A stretch of DNA of 64,000 nt from Moniliella sp. 'wahieum' (Eukaryota), in the NCBI GenBank assembly GCA_003971905.1, contig RSEE01000030.1, positions 496,001-560,000 of the forward strand. Reading direction: 5' to 3'. This document shows, in pieces, positions 26,280-38,219 of this stretch; position 1 is the stretch's first letter; the number at the start of each line of letters is the position of its first letter. The notes below the pieces were generated by a model that saw only the letters and a list, made by a program, of their open reading frames with translations, was not told where the DNA came from and ran no database searches. Position numbers and translations under genes: made by a program.

Positions 26280-27375
26280 CTAATTAATAACCGGTACAGC
26301 ATGTGTGCATCCTGATGCATGATGCATACAGAAAGCGTGATCTGTGACCGGGGTATGTGAAGGCTCTTGTTGTGGAGGTGACCTCATCTCCACAGGAAGA
26401 CTGGCGCCGTGCGCTGGATGCAGACCAGCTGGTTGCGGGCGCCTCGGGACTGTCCACACGGCGCCTGTGTAGGGGGGGTGCGCTTGTTTGCGCCCGCGTC
26501 GGCGGGACATCCAGTGATAGATCAGCGGTTGCGCAGCGCGTACGCCTCAGGGGCTCACCGGTCGCCGGTACCGGTCACCGGTCACCGTCGACCATCGACC
26601 ATCGACTATCGCGCGCCGATGCTGACTCACACTGCGGCCCCGTGCCCCCGGCGGTGAGGATGTGAATGCCCATCCCACCCGCACTTTGCCGGGCCGACTG
26701 CTGCGCTCTGTTGCTGGGACGCAGCCGCGGGGGCGGATGCGAACCCTGTGCCCCCCTGCGGGGAGGCGCAGATTGGAAAGCATGTACATGTAATTGCCGC
26801 TGGTCCCGCCGGCAGCCCGCCAGCCACCCCAAGCGCCATTTCCGCCGACTGGCGCTGTGCCGATGATAGGTGCCACGCCCAGCAGCGGCTGCGGCGCGGG
26901 GGCAGAGGGGGGAGATTTCGGTCATGCTGTGTTTGATGACGTTGGCTAGTTGACTATGCCATGTGGCATGTGGCATGTGACAGATGATGACTCCTGTCGC
27001 ACAGCGCGAGAGGGAACGCGACGATGCGGAGACAGCAGTGATGGTTTGGTGACGTAGGCGAAAGCGCCCATGGCTGAAAGATGCGACGTATGTCCTTTTT
27101 CTACTCGCAGTCCTCATCGAGTGTGACATGTGATGCATGTGACATCCCATGTGACACACCTGCCTCCATCTCCGTAGCTCCATTAGCTCCATGCGTGCCG
27201 TGGAACATGTGCCACGGGGTAATGGCTATGAAATTCACCCAGGGGGAAAACGACAAACACTCCCGCTAGTGACTAGTGACTAGTGACGTCACTCGTACGC
27301 CAGCTTGCACCCCCTTTAAGCTTTACCCCGGTTTCTCCCCCCCAGTCTAGCCCCGGTTACCGGTTACCGGTTAAG
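26280..27375. repeat. Cluster of 7-bp-period palindromic arrays upstream of the MAPK gene
   Basis: ATGCAT-G-ATGCAT (~26315), ACCGGT-C-ACCGGT-C-ACCGTC-G-ACCATC (26570), ACTAGT-G-ACTAGT (27272), ACCGGT-T-ACCGGT (27359). Confidence 0.8.
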
Positions 27376-29844
27376 AGCCCAGTTGCTACCCTAGCACTGG
27401 TCTGGATCGGATCGCACGAGAGATCCAAGGCTCTATTTCGACGCTCAACGAACGAACTCCGAGCGTATCATCCCCACCACCACGGTTCACAGTTCACTGT
27501 TTTCACTGTGTGTACTTACATTTTATCTCTTGGCTTTGCCGGCCTCTGTTGCGCTACAAATCAATCCCCCACGATGACTTTTGATTGTTGCCCACAACTC
27601 AACACAGGCGGCGTCATCTCGGAGGCTGGCTATGTCCCATCAGAATCAGCCCGATATATACCATCAGTTCAAAAAGGTGCCCGGTCGCCGCGGTCACACG
27701 GGTACCGAACACCGCTCAACGTGCTCAACATCCAATTTCCTATACCTAGTCGTACCTACCGGCTACCCCGGACATCACACAGATATGGGATGTGTATAAT
27801 GCCAGTTTTGGGGCCGGAGTGCTATGTTTGACGCTGTGAACTTCAATCTGGTGATTGATCAGGTCTGGTGCGTGTGGTGTGTAATTACGGGCCCTACGGG
27901 CCCGCGAGTCCCGCACCCGCAGCACACACACTGTGGTTGCACCCCAGCTGGAGAAGTCGTGGATTCTGGGGGGATGTGGAGAAGTGGGGAAACTGCATGT
28001 ATGCCTACCCTTAATATTTAATTGGCAATTGCTGTGAAAACAACACAAATCACTATAGTCACTGTGCGTAAGGAAGACATTATATTGAAGGTAATGCATA
28101 ATGGTAAGGGCCAGTAGGGACAAGATCAGACCAAGATAAGCGAATGATTTGGGTGGAGAAAACCCAAGAGGAAGTAGAAAGTAATTCAATGGCGATGGAA
28201 GTGGCCAGGACCAAGTCTCATCCAACAGGTATCATGTCGCCCCAAAAAGAACTATAGGGGTTCGAATAAGCCAGCACACTTATAGATACAAGTGTGTGAA
28301 TACAAAAGCCTGGCAAGGTACGCAATATGTCTCTTTTCCGGGGTGCGTAATAGGATAAGGCGGGCCACAGCAAAGAGCATCACCTCCTATGCCAAGTGGC
28401 TCCTGTGTACCCTGCACCCTGTACGAGGTAAACCGACCCGCTCGCGCTCCCCCCCTCGACCATCGGCCTGCTTTCTGGAGCGATCTTTTTGCTGCAACCA
28501 ACGCCTCCCAGTCTTGATATGAGACTCCCCCCCCTACCATCCCCTTACTGCAGCTGACACCCCAGACAGGTGGACCACACATGCGGGCCAGAACACAACC
28601 CTTGTTGGCCCTCGCTGTAAATGTGAGCCAGGGAGGACGGGAGGAGAGGGCCTCTCTCTCCAGTGTCTTCCCCGCCCACAGTCTTTTGCCGCTAAGATTC
28701 GTTTACTGCAAAATCAGGAGCACAGGCACCGTGATTTGCCACGCACGTACGTCCCTCGCGCGACAGCTGGCATCAAGATCGTTGATCTGCGTTGGGATGG
28801 AGCCAGCATAAGGAATGCGAAGATGCCTATAAGAAAGGGTCACTACCAGCGCAAAGAAGACTTGAACGTGTGGTCTCATCGACGATCATCAGTATGCCTG
28901 TGTTGGGCTTCGCTGTTTCGCTCACAGCGCCGTTGTCGCGATCGCAAAACTTCAGTTCAGCACCTTCGGAGACGCCCCATGTGAGCTGCGTTATTATCGG
29001 TATGCCTAAAAACTTCGGGGACTTCTTTTTCCGGCTTGGCTTGACGCCCGATGCACTCTTTGCGCTCTTCCCTCCGCGTCTTTCGGAGCGGGGGCTTTTT
29101 GCGTTGGATTTGTTCTTCTTCTATATCCACATTTTGTCCTTATATGTGTGGGGGGTAGCAGAGACTTCTGCATCGCGGCTATGCAAAACAGAAGGTAGAG
29201 GCCGAGGGGGTAGGATGAGGGAGAAGGCTGAGTAGCGTCTAGTGGCTGTACAGTGGTGACAGATGGCTGAAGGGCTTATATAGAGTGACTCGGGGGGCCG
29301 CCACGCGCTCGTGCCCATCTATCCGATACACTGCCCCCACGCTTGCTTCTTGACGCGTGACGCGTGACGCCTGTCCCACCTCTGCTTTCAACGTTCAATA
29401 TTCAATGCTCAGGCACTCAGGCCGTTGAACGTTGAGGTTCAGCGTCCAGGGAGCGGCAATGCCACAGCCTGTATAAACTAGAACCCAACCTCGCCTTCTT
29501 TCCCTCCTCCTCTCAACTATGTCATCCACGCCAGCAGCAATCATAGCCATGATTGCGAAGTCGAAGAAGATCGGTTGGTGCATTCCCTATAGTCAATGAT
29601 TAATGATGGCCATTCGAGCTCATGTAACACGCCACGACCGGCGCGATCAGCAGAGCAGTGAATCACAGATGAGGGGGGAGGGGCGTGGGGCGCGCACGGC
29701 ATCTGTATCAAAAGCCCCTGTGTACTTGGCGCCTGAGTCGCGTTGCAGTCTATATGGGCAATCCATATCCTTCCCTCTTCCCATCGGCCCCATCCGCCTA
29801 TTATCCTATCACCACTCCACACCATCCTGTTTCGCATCAGAACC

Positions 29845-31403
29845 ATGGCAACTCCCTCCCCTCTAAAGAACATGGTCGCCATCATCCGCCGGCTCGAGGA
29901 AGTCACTTGCGGAAGAAGAACTTGCCGAAGCCGACGCGCCAACACATTGGCAGTAGGCATCTTACCAGTTCGAATGCGGCACAGGGATGCCCGTTCCACC
30001 CGCGTCCCCTCTTATGTTCGATCTTCCCTTTCTCAGGAGGATGCCCCCTTTCAGAGAGGGAAGAACTTCCTGTGAAAGTCCCCGCCGCGGTCACTGGCTT
30101 TGACGAAACAATTCAACCGCGGATGACTCTTTTCTCATGTTCAGCGCAACATTAGGGGGCGTGGCGCAGGACCAGTCCATCCAACTCGTCAAACTCTTTC
30201 ATCTTCAACGGGAGTTGGTGAAGATCGCATCTCAGCGATCTAAACCTCCTGCCCTCTCAGCGACTCTGCAGCGCAACCAGTGGTTTGAGCCTCTGCAGAG
30301 AATCATCTACACCATCGCTCGTACACGAGACGAGGCATATCCATCACTGGCTCCTCACCTCTTTGTTCTGGCAGAAGCTGCCCGTGCGGCGCGTTGGCTC
30401 GTCATGGAGCCTGATCCAGCTGGCTTTGTAGCCAAAGTGCTTGAAGAGGTGGAACAGTATGCGGGTCAAGTTGCCCAGACCCCCGGTAACGACGGGGCCA
30501 ATCCACTGTGGATGCAAGCGTTGGAGCAGTTGCTCTTGGCACTGCGCGCATATGTGGCTACCTTCCATGCGAGAGGATTGTGCTGGGCACAGGGGGGAGG
30601 GGGGCACGGTCTGGCTCTTCGTTCAGGCATCAGTCCTGCACCTGATACCGCCGACCTTTCCCTCGCGGGCCCCATTGCCGCCTCTGCTGACGAGACCGCA
30701 GCCCCGCTGGACACTGCATTCTCCCTGTCGCTAAGGGAGAGGGAGGCTACACCCTCGACCCAGGCGGTCCATCTGCACGCAGGCAAGCATCACAAGAAAG
30801 TGTTGCTCTTGCCTACCAAACGGGCGTCTGACGGCGAAGCATCCCCCATCGTCCGGCCCCCAGTACCGCACAAACCTGTGCCACTGCGCGTACTGAAAAC
30901 CAAAACCCGCCCGTCTTTGCGCTAGAGGGACATCAATGGCTCGTCACGCACCAAAATGACGCACATGGTCTGGTAGTCGAGCCGAGCCAGGCGGGGCAAA
31001 GCGTTCGGCTGGCTCACTGTGCCCATTCGACCATCCAGATCAAGGGCAACGTAGAGACGGTAAGGATAGTAGCCTGCACACGGGTGGCGGTGGTGCTGTC
31101 GTCGGTGGGGACAAAGATTGAGCTGGTACGGTGCAAGGCGATGGAGGTGCAGGTGATCGAGACGGTGCCGCTGCTCCAGTTGGACGGGTGCGATCAAGTG
31201 CAACTGTTCTTGTCGCGCGCGCGGCGGGGGCGGCGGGGGCAAGTGTGCTGGTGTCCAAGTCGACGTGCATCAACATCCTTCCCTCGATCAGGTCCGGGGG
31301 GGGAATTGAAGGAGCTGGCGTTGCCTGAGCAGATGACGCATACGGTTCGGGGGGGCGCTTGCGCACCACCCTGGTCTCCCACCATGTGCACCATGGTGAC
31401 TGA
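29845..31403 (+). CDS. Divergent adenylyl cyclase-associated protein (CAP/Srv2-like): RLE motif, helical folded domain, CARP beta-helix; frameshifted
   Basis: IIRRLEEVT (N-terminal RLE motif), LGG..Q...V.LF.LQRELVKIASQRSKP, W..ALEQLLLALRAYVATFHARGLCW, LEGHQWLVTHQ, CAHSTIQIKGNVETVRIVAC, MEVQVIETVPLLQLDGCD, SKSTCINI, KELALPEQ. Confidence 0.75.
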
Positions 31404-32043
31404 GTCCCGGGCTGAGCGCTTCGGCTTGAGCGCCTCTGGGTTGTGGTCATGCATGGAACGTACGGATATCGAACGTTCAAGTTGAGCGGTGGATGCAATC
31501 AATCGGTGCAATGCTGGATCGATGAGATGACAATGGTGATCATCCGGAGCCCTGGGTGGTCGATGGCTAGTGGCTAGCAGCAGGTCGTTAGGCACAGTGC
31601 ACTGCAGGGCAGCGACGTCATCGATGGGTGAGGATGCGTGGCCGGTGATGCAGGCTGATGCAAGGAGGGCCGTGCGCAGGCGGCAGCCCACGACGCTGCC
31701 CCGCCCCCCCGCGCTCAGCCTCGAGCCCGCTCGGCCCTGCCAGCCCCCCACCGGAGCCACCGGTCCGGGGAGGCAGCACCAGCGCAGTGTGCCTGCGCGG
31801 CAGCAGCGCCCAGCTGCACGGAGCAACGCACCGGCGGGGACAGGCGCAGTGCCAGGCCGCAGACACGCCCGCTGGGAGCGTGTCACGCGATGGCGCAGCA
31901 TATAACACCTCAGCCGCTCTGGGCAGCGCCTGGGCTGCCCTTGCTCCCACCGTCACCACCGCCTCTCCCCATTCCCTCGCACCTCCCTCGCACCTCCTTC
32001 CCGGTCCTTGCTCTCCCTCTCTTCGTCTCTCGGCGCCACTTCC

Positions 32044-34687
32044 ATGAGACTCTCGCTCCCTGCTGCGGCCGCAGGTGTGCTGGCCGCCTCTGCTGCGTCC
32101 GCACGCCCCTTGCTGCCCGACTTGGCGCCGCCTTCGTTTGCCCCGGCCAGCGCCGCCTCGCCCCCCCTCGCCCCCGTGCGGGCGTCCCAGCCTCATGGCG
32201 AGGGTCACCGCCGCATCACCCACCCGGGCGTCTCTGACTTCGCGCCCGTCAACCCACCCAGCTTCCCCCTCGCGGTGCGCAGTCCTTGTGGTACCCTCTG
32301 TCGTCCTTGCGCATGCGTGTGTGGGCCACACGGCTGACCGTTTCGCTCTCCAGACCTCAATGTCTGGCTGCCCTCGGGCTCCAACCCCGATGCTACGCCG
32401 CCCAACCGACAGGGCAATGGTGGCTACCTCGCTGGCCAAGACCCGGCCTTTTGGACGTCGAGTTATGGTGCCGATGGCGAGTTCCGTTTGGGCTGGCACG
32501 GCTATGTTCGCATTGATGGTACAACGTACCAGTGGATGGGCAATGGGTTTGGCACCCTCGTTCGGGCCGGCGAGAATGCCCGTCAACTCTTGGCTGAGTA
32601 CACCTCGACTCGCACCACCTTTGTCTTTGAGGCCGACGGCGTTCGGTTTAACGCGACCTTTTTGACTCCGATCACGGCGGACGATTACACGCGCCAGAGC
32701 CTGCCGCTCTCGTACCTCCACTTGGATTTCGACGAGGCAACAATGAAGCACCGTAAGATCCAGATCTTTACCGACATTGATGAGCGCTGGGTCACTGGTT
32801 ACGACTATACGTTTGAGACGGTGCCGTACGACATGGAGTATGTGCCGTCGAGCAATGGTACGAGCATGTACTTTGTCCATCGTCGGTACCCGGAGTTGTA
32901 CCAGGAGTACCGCCAACGTGCCGAGTGGGGGTCCGCGGTCTATGCCACGGAGGATCGGCCAGGGCTGACAAGTCGGAACAATAACAATGTCGTCGCTCAT
33001 CGCGAGTTCTTGCGACGAGGCAAGTTGACGTATGACCATGGCCCCGTCAGGGGCCTGACAACACCTTTGGATTTGCAGTGGATCTCAACCACCCGGACCT
33101 CACCACTGCGCAGCGGCGCGGGGTCACATTTGCTGTCGGTCATATCCGCACCCCCTATGTCAATTACATTCGTCGTGTACCCGGGACCAAGAACAAGTCG
33201 TACCAAGAGGATCGTTACGGTTACTGGCAAGCGACCTGGCCCAACGTTTTCGATGCGGTCTCGTTCTTTGTCAAAGACTTTTCCACCATGCGCGCGGCCT
33301 CGGAAAAGCTCGATGCTAAGATCTGGGCTGATTCGGTGCGGGTGGCAGGCGGCGGGCAGACGGGGCGCGAGTACGCGGCGATCACGACACTCAGTGCACG
33401 ACAAGCGCTGGCCACGGTCGAGATTACTGTTTCACGCGACCGGGATGGCACGTACCGTACCGATGACACCTTGGCCTTTCTCAAGGAAATCAGCTCCAAC
33501 GGGGACATGTCAACGGTGGATGTGATCTACCCTCTGTTCCCCATTTTGAGCTACCTGAATGTAGATTTGTTGATGGACCTGCTCAAGCCCATTTTGAGTA
33601 CAGCGTATCGGGCCTGTACCCCAACAAGTGGTGCGTGCACGATATGGCGTGTACCCCAATGCGTTTGGACACAATGACGGGCAAGATGAGCCGATGCAAG
33701 TAGAGGAGAGTGGCAACATGTTGCTCATGACGCTGCACTGGGCTCAACTCGTCACTCACGCTCCCACGGCGAGCAAAAAGGATGCCAAGCGGGTCCGGGC
33801 ATTTTTGGAAGAATACTACAACATCCTCGCCCAATGGACCAGCTTCTTGATTGAAGACTCGCTCGTGCCCGCCAGCCAACTGAGCACTGACGACTTTGCT
33901 GGTCCTCTGGCCAACCAGACGGACTTGGCAATCAAGGGCATTCTGGGCGTGGTGCAATGGCGGAGATTGCACGCTGGGTGGACAAGTCGACGGCAGCCAA
34001 GTATTACCGCAAGGTAGCAGAGAAGTATGTGCAGCGCTGGGCCAACTACTCGATTGCCGAGGACGGGAGCCACATCAAGTTGGCCTACCAGGCAGATGGG
34101 TCGTGGGGGACGCTGTACAACTTGTTTGCCGATCGCATGTTGAATTTGCGCCTGGTGCCCCGCAGTCTGTACCGCGTGCTGGAGCACTGGTATCCGACCG
34201 TGGCCGAAAAGTATGGCGTCCCGCTTGATTCGCGGCACAAGTGGGGCAAGTCGGATTGGATGATGTTTGCTGCGTTTACCCACCCGCCGCACGCGGGGGG
34301 GAAGCATGCCGCACCGGGCGCGCAGGACCTGTTTATCCACCTCCTCTATGGCTACATCTCCAACGGTCTCACCGACTCGCCCCTTTCTGACTTGTACGAA
34401 GCCACGAGAGACACGCCCAAGCCCCCGCATGACAATCTCATTCATTTCCTCGCTCGCCCCGTTGTGGAGGCCACTTTATGGGGCTGGCCATGGACAAGGC
34501 GTACGAGGCGAATGGCCTTGAGGGGGCGGACGCGTATGAGTTTGCCCCTGAATTCGCCTATGCCGCCCATACGGATTGGCAAGGCCCCGCTTCGGGCCCA
34601 GAGGGAGACGAACAGCAGGACCGGTTCTTGCCTCATTTCGGATCCCCAATCCAAGGTGCAGGGCAGCAAATTGTGCTGGGAGCTTGA
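32044..34687 (+). CDS. gtaA: Secreted glutaminase A (GtaA) family protein; intron ~32288-32353; frameshifted
   Basis: Signal peptide MRLSLPAAAAGVLAASAASA, PSFPLAVRSPYLNVWL after splicing, WHGYVRIDGTTYQWMG, YTSTRTTF, RQSLPLSYL, LSARQA, FLKEISSNGDMSTVDVIYP, MQVEESGNMLLM, QLSTDDFAGPLANQTDLAIKGI, YGVPLDSRHKWGKSDWMMF. Confidence 0.88.
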
Positions 34688-35409
34688 TCGCGCCATGATG
34701 GCGACGATTTTTCCACGGGCCCGCGTCTCCAGGCCAGGGGTTCACCTCGGTTCCATCCATTGACTTCTGATTGACCGCCGCTATCGCTTTTGCCCTGTGC
34801 CGCACTGGGCCAGCGCCCTAGTTTGGCCTTTTCTCTAGCTGTTTCTGCACCGAAGAGCCCACGCTGGTGACGCCAATCCCATCCCCTTCTCACTTTTCTC
34901 ACCTACCGCGCATGGACGTGCCCTCTCGCTTGGTCAACACGGGTGTTGCCAACAGACTGGTAGGGTGTGGACGCATGGATACTTTTTTTGCGAAAGACCA
35001 AATCAAGAATTGGTCTGTGGCTGTCTCTTTCGGGCCACTGATGTGCTTGCTATTGACCCCTTTTCTATGCTGTATCCCCTTCTGCCTTCTTGCTCCCAAG
35101 GCAACTTGCTTGCCCTCTTGCTCGATTGGGCCCATCCTGTTTATTCTTCCTTCAGTCCACAGCTACCATTTTTTAGAATAGTTACTTTAGAAGGGATTCA
35201 TCATCAACCTTGAGGTCAGGTATATACATCAGGATCTGCGTCAGAGTGAAGAACCCCGGCAGAGCTCACTCAGTATTGTAGAGGCTATACAATAAGACCA
35301 AAAGTATATACCAAGTACCAAGCACGGAAGAAGTAAACAAAAGAGAAAAGTTGTATTTTGGGGGTAAAACATGTGGAACCAAAACGCAAAACTCTTCAAC
35401 GCAACTTCA

Positions 35410-37730
35410 TAACCTAACCGGTAACGGTAGCAATTGAACCGGTACCCGGGATCCGGTACCCTCTGCAAATCCTCTGCAAAGATGCACCCCCCCCGTCTAG
35501 CTGACTCAGTCAGTACTCAGTAACTGAGTAGGGCCTCACCTCTGAGATCCCGAGTACTGAGTCTCATCTCAGACCTCAGACCTCAGTGTGCTGAAATTCA
35601 GCTCTCTCAGCATCTCAGTTGGTCGTTGGTCTACGAATGCTCGCTTGTTCCCGATGGCCGATAGAGACGCTGTGCAACCCAGGCCGTCTGGATGGCGGAC
35701 CCGTCTGGGGGTGGGGTCTGGAGGGATCCGAAGTGTCCGCAACGGAACGCAAATGCATGCATTGTGACTTGTGACATGTGGGGTGGCACATCACATACAT
35801 CACATGTGATCATGTCCCGCATGCCCCATTGCCACCTGTCACATGTCACAAGTCACGAGGTCATATGGTTGTCACATGTCAATTCGTACGGCACGGACAC
35901 GGAACCCCCCGGCGGCTCCTTGGTCCAAGGAGCAGCAGGTGGCAAACCTTGGCTAGTCCGGCCTGCTTTAGCTCAAGCTCAAGCCGAGAATGGGGAGGAC
36001 GCCCGTGCTGGACCTGACGTTGAACTGAAGTTTAAAATTCGAAGCTTGAACGTTTTGAAGAGCTTGAAGCTTGAAGCTATTAGCGCGAAACGGCAACCGG
36101 TAACCGCGTAATCCGCGCGTAATCCCCGAAGAAGGACGACACGGACGGTACTGTGTGACGCGGGACGTGGTGAGCAATGCACAATCGTTTGCTTCTCTGA
36201 ACGCGGCAGAGGGCTACGGCGTAGTGCGCTTAACGTATAGCCTGGGGCCTGGTGTAGCGCATTGTGTAGCAGCAACCTTGATCGGGCGTGGCGTAACCGC
36301 GTAACCGCGTAACCGGTAACCTACGTAACGCGTTACGCGTTATATACGAGGACGGAAGAGAGGGACAGTGTGGCGCGAACGTTTTGATAATGAAGCTTGA
36401 AGCTTGAAGGGTCTGATGCAATGGAACATCACATGTATCACAGTGACATGTGATATGCTATTGACATTGTCCCATTGACATGCACAGTAGCCTACTGTAG
36501 CGGTCAATCAGGCCAAGCCTCTGTCTGGTAACCGGTAAGCGGTAACCAGTAGCCGGTAGCAATATACCGGCAAAAGCGGAAGACTTGAAGCATGACGTGT
36601 GACATGTGGCATGTGACGCGTGACGGACAACGGCAATTTCAAGCTCTCCCCGGCGTGCATGATGCATGATGCATGATGGACTGCGACAATTAGCTATTCG
36701 TCTCCACCTCTCGATCTTCCTGTGCAGTGCGTTTTGACTAGCTGCGTAGTAGGGCATATCGCCCGAGGGACCGACGGCGGCGAGTTTGGCGCGGCAGCAG
36801 GGCGATCGCATGCAGTGGGGAGCTGGAAGAGAGAGAAGGGGTGCCACTGGGGTGCCCCCTTTGTTCCCACCCGCCGTGCGCTGCTGTACGTGGGACGAGA
36901 ACCGCGGCGAGCGCGGAGGAGCAGTGGAGCACAGTGGAGGAGCACTCTGCTGTCGGATCTGAGATCTCAGATTAGATTTCAGGTATTCGATGCTCGGTGT
37001 CGGGTGGTACGTACGTCAGTGCTGTGAGATCTGAGATCTGAGGTGCCGAGGACACAGGACCCGTCCTGGGCTGCTGCAAGCAGCTGCACAGCTCTGGCAG
37101 GGTCGTGCCCTGCTGTGCGCTGCACGGGCTCGTGCGAGACACAGATGTGGCGGGCAACAGGCCCCACTGGTCCCGTGGGCCACATGCCCCCGAGGTGGCA
37201 GGGTCTGGCAAGCCAGGGTAGCGCTGGGCTGCGCTGGGCTAGTGCGGGCTGTGCTGGGAGGGCACTGACGCTGCCCGCTGCTGAGCGTTCGGCAAGCAGG
37301 GTGTGAGACGCAAGGAAGCCGGGTGGCTGGGCTGGTGTGGCAGGCACCGAACGGGGGGTGGCAGTGGGGTGGCGCATGGCTGGCGGGGCGCTTGATGCTG
37401 ATGCGTGATGCATGGGCCCTGCAGCTGAGCTCAGCGCTTTGCAGTGGCCAGTGGGGGGGGGAGGGATGGTTGATGCCTGAGGATCGGTGATGCATGATGC
37501 GTAACGTGTGACATGTGACATGTGATTCCGAGGGACGGGTGGCGTCGAGACAAGTGCTGGGCGGGGATGGTGTCGGAGGGGAGGCAACGTAGTGTTTTCG
37601 GGTCGCTTGGGTGCTGGAGGTGTGCATGCTGGGGACTGGGCTGGCTGGGCTGGGCTGGGCGTGGACAGGTGCACCGTCGCCTGCTGCGGCTGGAGCGTGA
37701 AGCTTGAAGCTTGAGGCGAAGCTTTGGGAC
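35410..37730. repeat. Largest cluster of 7-bp-period palindromic arrays, upstream of the histidine kinase gene
   Basis: AAGCTT-G-AAGCTT (36393), ACGTGT-G-ACATGT-G-GCATGT-G-ACGCGT (36595), ATGCAT-G-ATGCAT (36662), AGATCT-G-AGATCT (37027), ATGCAT-G-ATGCGT-A-ACGTGT-G-ACATGT-G-ACATGT (37490-37523). Confidence 0.85.
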
Positions 37731-37999
37731 GTGAGACTTGGGATCGGGCGCGCCCAGCTGCCCAGGCTGAGTGCAGGACAGCCCGGCTGAGCCGGGGCCT
37801 GAGCGCTGGAGCTGAGCAGGGTGGGGATGCAAGCGCATGCAAGGGCGTGCAAGCGCATGCAAGCGCACGCAGCAGCCATGCAAGGGGCGGAGCGGAGGGC
37901 GGCTGCTGGCGGCTGGGCACTGCGCCCGTGCGCCCGCACACGCCGCCTGGCGAGGATGCTGTCAATCGGCAGCCCTTGCAGCACCCGCTTCCCCTGTCA

Positions 38000-38071
38000 C
38001 CTTCTGCCTTCTGCCTTCTGCCTTCTGCCTTCTGCCTTCTACCTTCTACCCTCTACCCTCTGCCCCCTGCC
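38000..38071. repeat. Heptamer microsatellite (CCTTCTG)n decaying to CCTCTAC
   Basis: Direct read cttctgccttctgccttctg...ccttctaccctctaccctctgcc. Confidence 0.9.
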
Positions 38072-38219
38072 ACCTCCGCCCTTGCCTTGCCTGTCGCGCC
38101 GCCACCGCCGCCGCCACCACCATCACCACCACCTCCTCCTCCTCCTCCGCCCCCCCATCCCTCCTCTCCTCTCTCCCCATCTGCCTCGCCCCCGGCGGCG
38201 AGAGGAGCCCCTGCCCCCC

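Noticed and set aside
31618..33039. 473-aa minus-strand ORF
   Set aside because: Antisense shadow of gtaA and its GC-rich upstream region.
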